Source: Iphione sp. A-MEVVRFRX5
Lineage: Eukaryota
Assembly (NCBI GenBank): GCA_976226885.1
Contig: OZ320316.1
Location: forward strand, 40,300,001 to 40,364,000
Length of the DNA: 64,000 nucleotides
Reading direction: 5' to 3'
The notes beneath the pieces are model-generated. The model had not been told where the DNA came from, made no database searches, and saw only the letters and a list, made by a program, of their open reading frames with translations. Below are positions 41,301 to 53,855 of this stretch, piece after piece (the stretch's first letter is position 1; the number at the start of each line of letters is the position of its first letter). Made by a program: the position numbers and the translations under genes.

Positions 41301-44300
41301 CATACATGCGAGGATTTTTATTCTGTAGTTTGACAGAAGGACTTGATGAATGTAGCTTGTCAGAGCATCACCGTCATCCCCTAATCCTGTTCCACCTGCA
41401 CGCGTGATGTATGGGAATCAGTGGCGATAGCCATCCAAGCGGAAAGGTACACACGAAGAACGCTAGATGAACTAGTTTGCTTGGCCAGTATTTTGTACCA
41501 GCGCTGTGCGTCAGGTTTGGAGAAAACTTATTTTTGCGATCCTCTGGGAACTGTCTGGTCGTGCTCCATAAGCAAATATAGGCAAAAGGAAGGAGACTAG
41601 TCGTGCGCTACAAGAAGGACCTTTTTTCACATTTTATCTTCAAGCCAACATGAGCTGACGATAGAAGAAAGCGGAACGTATCCCTGGTCTGTACGATACT
41701 CTATAGCAACCTGTACGATTTATCTCGGATGCCAGACACAAAAGTTACCATGCATCACGTATTGTGAGTATAGCCTTGCCGCGATCTATATTTAGATTGA
41801 TAATTCTCGTGCAGATTGTCCATTTACGTGACTTCAGCATTCATCTAGCAAAGCCTTGCTTTCTTTGAAGGCCAGTGGACGTCACTTAGATGCTGATCTG
41901 TTGCACTGGTTTCAAAGAGCCGTGTGCTTACTAAATAATGTACTGGTTTTATGATGATTTCTCCTTTTTCACGTATGTTATCCGGTTTCCACGCTTCTCT
42001 CAATTGAGTAATGTCTTTGGTGGTTTTCTTTGTGTTGTGACAAAATGCAAATACATCTTTGTGGATGCTTCCAGGGGCCCATTTGACCTGTCTTTTGCGA
42101 CCCAAACAATGATATTGGTAAGAAAGGACATTGATTGCTACGCCATGGGCGAAGATCCCACAGTGCGTTAGGCCTAGAGGAATATGAATAAAACATGCTC
42201 ATGTTCTTCCCCCTAGCATATTGATTGTTTTTAAGCGGACAATTCTATTGTAGTCATGTGCAAGGGACCACTCACAGGCCTTTAGCATATTTTAACCTTG
42301 TTTTACAAGGAGAGAACTACAACCTTATGGTTTTGCTAAGTATATGTTTTGTTGCCCGTCTAGAAGGGAAGCCTGTTCTTTACTCACGGAAAACCTTTTT
42401 TTCATGTGGCTTTTCATCTTACTATACCTCCTCTTGTTTTGTTAAGTTGTAAATTCTTGTCCACTGATCTGTTTAGATCAAAATTACCAAGAGTTTTTGC
42501 TGTACCGAATCTACCCTTACCTGCTCGTCCAGACCACATCATGGCTGTTTGATTCCCTGACTTTGTTGTGTCTTCAGAATAAGGAAAATCATTTCATTGA
42601 GAGACTACCTTTTTTCTGTCATTATTGTGTGCAGTGGATCATACAGTGTAGGTCAAGATATATATGCCATTTCGTTTTAATATTGTCAGAGAAAGGTACG
42701 TGTTCTTTGTATTCTTTTTAGACTACGCAGTTCTGAATTGATGACATGCGCATTCGGACGGTCGATCCTCATTTTATGGTTAAAATAACTTACAAACGCA
42801 TTTAATTTTCCTGCCTTTGAAACTTAAGTGGCTACACAGCCTAAAAGGGAGCTTTTTTCACATCTGCACAAATTTGATAAATACTTGTACGATGTTCAGC
42901 AGGATGTGGAGATAGTAAAGGTAGATGACAACTACCACTTTATTTGTAGCTTTTCTTGTAAAGGAAGTAGCACCCTCTCATTCAGGTGGTGCAAATAAAA
43001 TAACAGCTACAGGCAAAATGAATTATCTTATTTGGTGGTATTGTACTCTATCACGGAAAGAATATGGGGAAGAACCATTTTCCCAAACTCACACCGGATG
43101 GAAGAGTGAGCTTTTTCACTTGGTTATGTGTATGCCAGCAGGGAGCATATTGAGTATGTATGCACATGTAGATTTGCTTTCTCTATCAAAGTACACGTAT
43201 GTATGCACTCACAGTCATTTCAGACGCATAGTAAGAAAAAACATTCCAATATAATACCGTCAGTGAATGAAGGCATGTTTCGAATTAACGCACAATATGA
43301 TGATATAAGGAAACTGAGGCATACTGTGAACAAACTGATAGTAGATTTTGTTCGATTCACTGATTCATTGAAAATGGAAGAGGAGCAGCTCAACTGGGTG
43401 TCTTCACAAGGGACTCAGAGCATATCGTGTGTGTGCTGGATGTACTAAAGGGACTTTAGGTCACTAGCTCAGCGACATGCACTTTGTGCTATGGCTTTGA
43501 TCTTAGGTCACATCACCCGTGAGCCTCATCTTCCTACTGCTCTGAAGTTAGTTATCTGAGCTGCTCAGAGCACAACTACTCCTAGACTCCTTGACCCGAC
43601 AGTTACCACGACGGCTCACAACTCTGTCTAGGTCTGACGTCGAATAGATCCTCGACTGAATGTGATAGCATTATGCCGTTGATTTATCTTCATTTGCAAG
43701 GTCTTCCTGTCTAATTCTGGCAATCCTTTACCACGGCATAATTCTAGATACAGACACAATGATATGGCAAGGCTGTTGTGGAGCCCTAACCTCTCCTAAG
43801 AAAGAGAAGTGATAAAATTGTTATAAGAGACTCATTTGATGATAGTTTGTCTTCATGATTCAATGAACCGCCCTAAAGAGAGATTGAAGGATATTGTTCT
43901 CATCAAGTAATCCCAGTCCTCAGGAGCCTCATGTATCCCCACTTTGTATAAGGCAATTATTGTCTCCTCCCTGGTTTACATTAACTGCTTCGTGTGCCGA
44001 GGTGTAGCTTTGCGTGCTGCCTGCCGTACTACATGGTCCTTACTTCCTGGAAGTAACCTGACGTATATCACATGTCGCTAGGCAGGCTACAAAGGCGACA
44101 TACAGAGCGCCCTTGATGAGGACATCACGCTACGTCCGGATGTATAGCAGGCGGTTAGGGAACCATTACAGCAAACAAGAGTTGGGTTAGGAATTTCCTT
44201 ACTGTAGTAGCGTATCACAGATGTCAGTTGCAGTCATTCCCAAAACTATGTCCCTCTGTTTTCCGACCAGGTTATTCATAGCTTCCTTCCTTCCTGACAG

Positions 44301-45811
44301 TGAACGGTAGCGTAGCAGAAATACCTTGATATGCGCGGCACGATTAACATAGTTCATAAAGTCACTCTTTATTTCAGTGCATCCATTTACATGTAGATCC
44401 ACTCGAAGGAATCCCACAGGGCTAAAACAATGACACCTTTACCAAAATGAATTTGGGGCTGTCTTTCCTGCTCCTGCGGACGGGCGCCTGTGATCACTTA
44501 TCTTCAGGATCGCTGTGGTCACTGCCTTCGTGACATGTACCAGGTGAACCCATCGTTCACTGGTCTCATGGTTTGCTCTCCGGCGTGGCCTTTTTGCTCC
44601 AATTCCTTATAGCCTCAGCTATTTTTTGCTCGGTGACTAAATGTTTCCATTCGTTTATTGTCGACACTTTGAACAAAAACCCAGCACAGAGACATGGGGA
44701 GCGGAAGCACTTTCTATGAATCATTTCTTTATCACTAGGTTCATTAGTTTATTAAGTTATTAAAACATCGTTTTTTCATGTAAAAATTGCTCACAAACAA
44801 ACAAACAAACAGGTCATCAGTCAGGTATTTTCTTTAGGTAATTTCTCCGTTGTCAGATTAAGACGAGATAAAATACTTCTTCAGCTAGGATTATAGGTAT
44901 CTAATATTTGTCACAATAAGAGATGTAGGCAGTGATTGTTATTGACCAGAATTGGCATCTCACAGTTCCTGAGTTGTGGTCAGGTGTATTTACCTATCAC
45001 ATCCCACACTATGATAAGGAACGAAAACATACTGCTGTCGTGTTTTATTGTAAATGATCCTCATTTATTGATAGCCATCTACTATGAAGTAAGCGGCGTA
45101 TCACAGCTGTGGGAATATAGGATCCTTTGCAAAGTATTTTCATCTTTGGAAATGGTCGTTCTTTCGTGTGATTATGTTCACCCTGTAGGTTCACCCGGCC
45201 TCGGCGGGAGTCTGTGGCCTCTTTGTTAGGATAATATTGACGCAGGCTAATCGACTAACAAGTGTTCTTGTTGTGATTGTGATGTAGCACCATTGTGATT
45301 ACACGGCAGGCCAAAGAACAAGAAGGATAAGTGTGTGAAGCCTGGACAATTAACTCCAGACTTACTCACTGCCCACTGAGCTGATCCTAATGCATCACTG
45401 TAACCGGCTGTGCAAGGTTGCCTTTAAAATGCTGTGGTATTACTTACGAACACTGGCAAATTAATCTGCATGCCAAACACCCAACCACTAATTCTCTGTG
45501 GAGGTAATGTGCTGGCTGCATGGGAGCCCCCCCCCCCTCCCAAGTGATCGCCATCTACACAGCAATGTAAACAAAAGGTACAGGATAATGGCCGGATGGG
45601 GAAATTGGGGAACGTTTTCAGTAAGCTACTCTAGTAAACGTCTACCACGAAGAAACACATGTATGCACATGCATATGTATGATTTATGAGTGTCCTTAAA
45701 GCAAGGAGGACGGCTGTGCGCCACTGTCGAGCGGTTTTCCTGAACTACGGCAACCCATTCACAGGCTCGGCTATAAAACTTCTCTCGGCTAGGCAGGCAA
45801 TAAGGTCATAC

Positions 45812-45872
45812 GATATGTTATATCCTGTCGGCGAACAGTTTGTAAGATATGTCATATCCTGTCTGCGAAAAG
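45812..45872. repeat. Tandem duplication of a 27-bp unit (period 34)
   Basis: GATATGTTATATCCTGTCGGCGAACAG (45812) versus GATATGTCATATCCTGTCTGCGAAAAG (45846): 3 mismatches. Confidence 0.75.
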
Positions 45873-48800
45873 CTTCAGGTTGTCTCGCTGCAGATTGTTT
45901 GGAGGACGGGTCTCGTTGGACGGTGTTGAGAAGGCTTGCGCTCGCATGATGTCGATGGCTGCTTACACTATTCTGTGTGCTCCACCCAGTGATCAATAAA
46001 TCGGCCAAATCATTATCTCTGGTGGACTGGTATTAGAGACTGACAAGCGCTCTTCAGGTACCTGAATTACCCTCATTTTCACCATTTCAACTGACCCATT
46101 TACCCACAAATGTAGAAAGCCTACTGCTGTATTAGAAGCAGCCTAATAATGTTTTTAAGAGTCGCTGCAGATGGTAGGGCTTCTCCATCGTGTCAGTTGA
46201 GATGATTTAAGAGTCGACTAGAGGAACTTGGGTGCGTGCACCTACAGCCAGCAGCTTCCGGTCAGGTGAGAGGTGACGACTGGGACGCCGCCAAGTGGTG
46301 AATACAGGTTGTCATCTCTGTCGGACAGAAGTTGGCCCTGTATTAGAGTTACCGCTGTGGGTGCATGTACACTTGATCCCCGTCTACTTTGAGCACTTTG
46401 TATCCCCGCAGACCTCAGGTGCCAGTAGTGACGATAGAGCCAGAGGGTCCCGATCCAATAATACATCTTTTCGTTGCTCTGACGAACCCCCCCCCCACAT
46501 ACTTCAGAGTGTTTGTGTGCTCGACTACCGACATGTCAAGTAGCAGGGGTTGACTGTATGTAACCTTTTCATCACCGCTCCTACGTATGTGGTGCTCTGT
46601 GAGCGCCATCCACACCTAATCATATGAGGAGCCGTTTGCCGAATTGTCTGAAGGCATGAATGTACCCGATGGTTAGATATCCTCCACACATCACACATTG
46701 AGGTACTGCCTTTTCTTAAAAGTTTATCTCGTTTGACATCAAAAGTCTACATAATAGTCTGCCAGATGTGCAAGAAATACGACAGTTGGCTTTGTCTGGT
46801 ACTCCCTGGGAGGGGGGCAGGTTATTCAAAGAGCGGTCCAGTAATGGTAGTTTTCCGACTGAGATGTGTATAGAATACGTCAATAAGTAATGCCAGTGTC
46901 TAAACCGGAATGTGCGAGTAAACCCGAAGCATTTCCATGGTTTGACTCTGTGTGGAAAGTTATAGAACTGTGAAACGTGTAGTAATGTGGCTTTCATCGT
47001 ACTTTCAGTGAGGTGGCGCCTTTATTCGTGACTCTGTACCCTTGCCCACAAGTTAAACTAAGCATCACATCATGCCCAACCACAGACACACAAGTTGAGT
47101 GTGATCGCCACGTTTTCGAGCATGGTCGACACCCAGTATACATTGTGGCGGCCAATCTGGCCCCCTTCTGCCTTCGCTCCGTGCTTGGAATGAGGAGATG
47201 AGCAAGCCAGATGAGAACCCCAGTCTTCCTCGAGTATCGCCTCGTTCTTTTGAGGAAATACATTGTGAACATTACCTGGGTTAAATCACTGCACTTTGTG
47301 TGGAAAAGAAACAAGCTTGGACCATGCCGAATACGGAACTTGGTGTGTGTAAATACACGCTGTCTTTATATTTTTATCTCACGAGAATGTTGTATTGTGG
47401 CCGCTTTGTGTGAAATACCTACTCCGCTTTTTGTACGTGAGTCATTAGATCAAATGTAATAAAACAAGGTTGCAGTAAAAAAAGGAAGATTGAGATATTA
47501 ATTTTCCATATAAAATGTTTTTTAAACCAGAGAATGGCAAAGTTTATAACACGACCACTGGAGACTGGATTGTTTTACTTTCTCCCGGTCATAGAGAGCT
47601 GCTGTTTTTGTGTGTGGTGTAATACACCAGGGGAACACGATGTGACACACTTAAGGTAAAACATAGACTTTTACCAGAGCGTACCTGCGACGACAAAACG
47701 AACTTGAGGAGTAGGGTCAGATGTGACTTTAAGGATGACAATTCGGTGATTGTTTCATTAATGGAATATCACCTTTTTATCCTTTTCAGCATACAGGGAC
47801 ATGTGTTTAGTTAGGGTACATTTTGGTTAGAAGGTGGGTCGGTTGCATTTTGGTTTTGGCACATCTTGCCCTGTAGCCGTAGGCCAGTTCGAACGAATGG
47901 CATTTAAATAAATCTGATCATCCTCGAGCAGAATGAGAAAATTGGAGCTGAACCAGGGCAGGCAACAGAGAGGTGGGAAATAGTTCATTCATTATTCTCC
48001 TTGTATGTCGCCAGCGCTGGTGATGTGGACGAAAGGCAGTGGTGGGGTTAGTCGATTCTGACCCGTTAAAAGCAGAGTGGCCGGTAAAAACGGTCCTGAT
48101 GCATGTTACCTCCTGCCTCACCTGTTGTCCTACTGATACACCCTTTGTGAGTTCCTTCTCCAGTGCCGCTACCTGTCTAAATGCCGAGCGTGCCATTTAG
48201 GCGATTTTTGCCAGTAGTAGAAACAAGGGCATCTAGAAAAAAAGGTGAGCGGAAGAGGGTTTGCTATCAAAACTTCAAGTAGACGACAAACAGTTCGTAG
48301 TTTCCTTTTTTCGTGGGGGGGGGGGGGCGGGGGGGGAGGCAAGGGTGGCTCTCGTCTTGCAGACACATGGGTATATTGATACTGTAAGTGCATTGACGTC
48401 CTGCGTGATGCGAAAGTTTGCTCCCTGTTTGTTTTGGTTGTTGTGACAGACACAATAGGCAAGACAGGAAAGTCTCAACTGAACAATATTGCCACAAGGA
48501 TAGTGTATTGTGAGAATAAACATGTGGCCACAGTAAAGAGATTTGGGCAAACAAAATGACGGCTTTCTACGGTATAATATTTCCTATTTCTGCACTGAAG
48601 TTTTCTAAAGGTTCGTTTTGATTGCTGGGACACGTCCTTCTGTTTTTTCCCTTGTTTTTATCAGTCAGAACTTTTGTTTAGAAGAACTGTATGTTAGTAT
48701 GGACTTACACCTGGGAATACGCCCCCTCATAGGAAACTGTAAATACTTAGCGGTGTGAAAAGCTCCAGAAGTTGCCGGAAATAACAGTACGTTATTGTAG

Positions 48801-49519
48801 TGCGTGTGTGCCTTGCTCAGCTGTACACCTCTGGAGAAGAAAGGTCCTGTACTACGGTCCCACACATATCGAAGATATCGCTGAGAAAGATAGTTTGTTC
48901 ATTGAGAATGAACGAGTAGACATGGACATACCTTGTAAACGTCCACAGCATCAGTGTACCTTCACGACTTTCAAATAAAGGTCTTTACATAGCTGTAAGT
49001 AATAGCTGTATAGACTATTTGAAACCATCGAAATTCCACAGCCCACAGTTTGTCCCCAAGTGGAGGTGATATCTTACATGTATACGGATTTCATACTGAG
49101 CCACCCTTCCATGACAGACCTTTGGGGTGACAACATGAGCCCTTAGAGTGTTGATATGTATACATATATACAGGAGGATATGTAAGAGCCCTGTCCTGAT
49201 GATAGGTGAATATATTCCTGGTTAGAGATGGAATGAAATGAAAAATGAAAAATACAAATCTATGTGCATAGTCCACGGTCGCACGTTAATATATATGTAA
49301 AGGTAATACATTATTGGAGACAGTCTGTATCCCCTAACATCACAGATGACAAGACAAACAGGATGGTGATACCAACAATTTGCAGGACAAAACGGTCAAG
49401 ACCAAGACAAACTAATTATCTAGAGTACGGGTATTATAGCTGTATCGTTTTTATGCACATAATATCCCACGTGCTCATTTGTGGGGCTTCTTCTGATTAT
49501 GCCATTTGACCAGACGGAC

Positions 49520-49790
49520 TTGAGCAGTCTGAGTATATACATGTATTGAGAAAACATACAGACAGTTTGTTTGTATACATACATGTACGTACATAATATG
49601 CAAACAAGTTATAGATATAGACAGAAATACATGTATACATATATATACATGTATACACATTACATGCATTAATGCATTTTTATTTTTCAGTTCTTCTCTA
49701 TTTATATTAATTTTTTGTCAGGTGCCTAACACACAGTATTGAACACAGATATACATATATGTACATATTACATGCATAAGTGCATATTTA
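49520..49790. repeat. TACA/TATA/TGTA low-complexity tract
   Basis: Dense TACA/TATA/TGTA words, including several TACATGTA palindromes. Confidence 0.8.
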
Positions 49791-51193
49791 TCTTTTTTAT
49801 TCTGGCTATAAATTTGTATGTTTGGTACCTATTCATTTTCGTAGAACTTAATCTGTCCTATTACTTCAATCAAGACACCTGACGTCCAATGGACAGTACC
49901 TGTCAGGGTAGTAGCACCGAAGAGTGTTTTTATTCCCCGCACATTGCCCTGATAGGTTGTTAAGCTGCTGGTACTGGAGACTGGCTTTAGAGACAAAGGT
50001 AGGTTGGAAGCATCGGTGACACGGTTCCACTACGGCAGGATGAGTCATTCCTGCCACAGGGGTGGGTGGGAGAGAGAGGCGAAGTGGGAGGCAGGAAGAG
50101 GAACAGAAACCGGATCATACGAGGACAATATTCACGACATGTACATTGTCTAAGCATTGCCTCCAGAGTTGACCATCCCACGGTTGCTCAGTGACATCGA
50201 AAACATGGGGGTTGTCACATGAGGGAAGGGCTTCAATAAATCATAGTCGTGGTCCGCTAGTTCCCTGGGAACATGAAAGTGTATCCTTGCGTCCTTTCGC
50301 CATATTTCTTTAATTTGAGACGGTGCAGTCAAGTTACAGACAGCAACAAAACTAGAAGCACATTATAATATCTAATATGTCAACAGTACTGAAGGAGCTA
50401 CCGACTGAACTTGTTGATTTTACGAAGACTTGTTCAAAGATATACATGTATATGTACACGTCACTGATGGGACGTTACTGGAAATATCAGCCTTTCTTAT
50501 ACTGCGTGTAAAGATATTACCTTGAGTCACCAAACATACCATCTTCATGAGCAGAGAAATAAATCTGAAGGAAATTTTATGACATAGGTTTCATAGGACA
50601 TATAGATATATCTTGTTTGGCCTCGTTTGGTATCGCTGTCAGGATTGCCGAGTGAGGTCTGTAAATGCCCACACCAATGCACATGTAGTTACTTGCTAGT
50701 AGCCCGCCTACTTTTACCTCCTCCTTAACCCACAGGGGTGTCTCAGTATGTAAATGCTGGGAGTATCGTTCGATAAATATTTCGGCGTTTAGCGAGGTAA
50801 AAGGCTGAATATCAGCTTCAGACGAAGGTTTTCAAAGCTACAAGTGAGGTTTTTAAAGGAGCCTTCATTCAAAGAATAATCAAATGATACTATCTTATGT
50901 ATATATGTTTTTTTTAGGTAATCACACCGTATGTTTTATTTATACTGTTTTTATTCATGCTGTAATTTCACACGGCATAGTTACGTTCACGTTCCCAGTG
51001 TGATTTGTATGATGACCTTCGTTACAGTCATTATTACATACTTCCATTCAAAAACCTCTTCTCTAGACCGAAGCGAAGCTGTTCCAGACAGTATTTACCT
51101 TCAAAGAACGGCGGCCATTTGTCGCTACCTTTGCTGCTTTTCCCAGGCGGGCGAAGTGGCGAGAATGTTGCCTCCAGGCCTCTAAGTAAGAAG

Positions 51194-51252
51194 CACTAAT
51201 TGCATTTGCCGTCCACCTTTTGTGTTTTTCCAGGCTGGGGAAAGCAGTGAGA
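51194..51252 (+). other. Branch point, polypyrimidine tract and 3' splice site of the DAAM exon, plus 19 nt of exon before the ATG
   Basis: CACTAAT branch-point match at 51194-51200, then CCACCTTTTGTGTTTTTCCAG ending at 51233. The exon starts at 51234, which implies at least one upstream exon. Confidence 0.8.
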
Positions 51253-51414
51253 ATGCCGGGCAAGAGCGGCTTCTGCTGGTGCTTCGGGGGCACGGCGCCC
51301 CCGGAGATCTCCTACGGCATCGAGAACGGCGGCATGACGCTGAAGCCGATCGAGGTGGAGATCCCCATGCCGCAGGATGAGGAGGAGCTCAACGCCAAGT
51401 TCGCCGAGCTTGTG
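51253..51414 (+). CDS. DAAM: First coding exon (54 codons) of a DAAM-family formin (Dishevelled-associated activator of morphogenesis); N-terminus and start of the GTPase-binding domain
   Basis: Translates to MPGKSGFCWCFGGTAPPEISYGIENGGMTLKPIEVEIPMPQDEEELNAKFAELV. This matches the DAAM N-terminal pattern as recalled: Cys cluster, PEI, L..(I/M)E...PMP..EEL...F.ELV (human DAAM1 ...FCCF...HPEITY...LQTMEPALPMPPVEELDVMFSELV; Drosophila ...WCGCF..DEPPEI...PMPSVDELDTKFAELV). Strong G/C bias at third codon positions, A at -3 of the ATG, and it ends at a perfect phase-0 donor GTG|GTAAGT (51415-51420). Confidence 0.93.
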
Positions 51415-53713
51415 GTAAGTCTTGTTTGCCGCGAGCATTTAACCACGTGAACCTTTGCTTACATAGATGACATGTGAATGCTGTACAGCTGACGGCCCCT
51501 GTGATACCACTGGAAATACAGTTACTTGGTGGATGTGGTGACATTTGGCTAAACATTGATGAGGCCCTGACGTTCGATTTAAGATAAAGAAGAAACTTTG
51601 ATATCACTGATAGACAGGCCTATGTTCACGGGAAAGAATTCGAACTATCATCTCTCCAGTTGACTGGTTTCCAAAGATGTAAGGTGCAGTTAACTACGGA
51701 TATTCACTCTTCATCTCTTCCTTAGATATAACAACACGCTGTGTACAGACCTGGCTATAAACCAGCCATTAGGCTGATGCCAGGACCCTGTCTAAAAGAA
51801 ATTAAAAAAAGGACTGCAATAGTCGGATGTGCTGTAAACAAATATAACATGAACATGGAGTATCAAGCATCTGTTATATTCTTTTAAAAGAAAATAGCAT
51901 CTTTCTGTAAGCTTGAATTCGGTGTTGGGTCCGTTTAGCACCATTATTAGTGTTTCTCATACCTGTGCTTAATGCTTAACGTTTGAACGGCAGATGTAGT
52001 AGACGAAAGCATTATTCACATATGTATATTCAGAGATTACTCGTAGTAACAGTCCATTGAATACCTAAGTTGTAAAACAGTCCTCATACTTAGCACTAAT
52101 GGGACAAAGTATTATCGTTGTAACCTCCATGATATTTAGTCATAGGGTAACACTAGGGGAAATGGCGGGCAACTGGACCTTTCTTCATTTTTTGTGTACT
52201 GCAGTTCTGTAACTGCCCTAGACACCAAAGTATACTTTAATTCACCTAGGTGCATTTTGAGATCAAGTGCATTCATTTGTGTCCTTCCATTGGTTTAAGG
52301 CTAAATATGTATTTGCGATGGGGAGCGCGTTAATATGTATGTTCTCATAATATTAACCTGAGCTGAACAGGTAGAGTGCTTTCTTCATTTGGACTCCTGT
52401 GTCGGAGCATACACGCCCCCCCCCCCGATAGAATATTCTCTACTACCTTGTCTCCTACCAGTCATCCACATAAGAGGGGATCATCCGTTCACAAAACTTA
52501 TATTCGGGGCCAAGATTGGCATAAAGGTGTTCCACAGCTGTCACCGTACTTTAAATGGTATGAGATCAGCGAAAGCTTTAAATGTGACGGATGTCATTTC
52601 ATGTTGCTCAGAGAATATCTATTGCTCCCAGGGGCATATTGCAGGATAATAGGTACATGAGTATCAGAAACACGCTTTGATGCATGAAATTAGAATTTCC
52701 TGTTCAATTTGTTGCTTCCGTAATGCCATTTTTTTTCCATTTTGGAGGGAGATGATTTTATCTGAAAATAAAAATCAGCTGGTCTAGCTTTAACCTCAGT
52801 CCTTGAGGAGGGAACTTCTTCAGACGGAGCGAGCATAAACACACCTTAAAGGACTGTTGTTTGAAGTAGTGCTGCCATATGTTGTCATTAATGTACTTTG
52901 AAACGGTATTTGGCAAGAGAACACTTCGCTGTCAACAAGAGGTGTGAAAATAGGCACCTCGCGGGTGATCTGGGATATGTTCAGCAGATGTAGGCATTTA
53001 ATGGTCGCGACTGGGAAAGCTCCCAAAGAAACTGTTGGTATTGCAACAGTAATCCGGTGGTGTGTGCACGTTACAAACTCACTTAAAGCTCCGACACATG
53101 TAGCGACAGTGGATGATTACAGGGAATAGCACTGGCAATGAAAGTTTATACAAGTATGTTCACTTTTCACCAGTTACTGAGGTTCACTGTTGGATCTCAA
53201 GATACTCTAATATCTCCTGACGTTGACAATTTTGAGATGTAATCATTCTTGGCCAAAGCAAATTGGACGTGAAAATGATGTAACATATATGGTATACAAT
53301 TGACCCAAATGGTCTTTGCTTTCCCGGTGCGTAAGGCCCTGTATTTGGTGTCTGTCTGCATTGGTCTGCATTTTTATTGGACAGGTTGATTTCAGTGATG
53401 GGTGTTACTTACCTACATATGTGTTAGGCTGCGTTTGCACATCATTGAGCACTGCCAGCTACTTTACAAAAAAAAGCACATGGTGACACACATGCAGGCT
53501 TCATGCAGCCTCACGGACACCAACGTAAGTAAGAAAACCAGGCAGTTTACTTCAATGTGGGGCTTCTGTACAGTCAAAACGTAAGATTGGAATCAGTAAT
53601 AATCAGAATTGAAAATTCGCTTACACCATCGCCAAACTTAAGCATGGAATCATGATGTAGTCACTGTCGTTTGAGTCAAAGATGGGCTTACTCTTCGGTC
53701 AGAATTAAGCATT

Positions 53714-53855
53714 CATGGGTTCATTTTACAGTTAAAATTAAACCTTGGCTCCTTCTACATGGGCTCTCTCTGTAGTCCATATTAAACATGGGCTTTCTCT
53801 GTAGTCCATATGAAACATGGGATCAGTCTGCAGTCCAAATTAAACATGGGCTCAC
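53714..53855. repeat. 29-bp minisatellite (about 3.5 copies plus one degenerate copy)
   Basis: CATGGG anchors at 53758, 53787, 53816 and 53845 (period 29); unit approximately CATGGGCTCTCTCTGTAGTCCATATTAAA; a diverged copy starts at 53714. Confidence 0.85.

Noticed and set aside
48122-48172. Minus-strand 51-nt phase-0 segment VAALEKELTKGVSVGQQ bounded by CAG| and |GTGAGG
   Set aside because: The polypyrimidine tract is very weak, there is no family match and no partner exons; chance is likely.
50034-50055. AP-1 site TGAGTCA inside a quasi-palindrome (other TGAGTCA sites at 38531, 47438 and 14278)
   Set aside because: Several TGAGTCA 7-mers are expected by chance in 64 kb.
50150-50332. Minus ORF with HVPRELAD recalling kinesin KIF6 LPRDLAD (KIF6 neighbours DAAM2 in vertebrates)
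   Set aside because: Only 5-6 residues match, the flanking conserved residues (GFVNN..YKF) are absent, there are no splice sites, and I saw no other kinesin exon.
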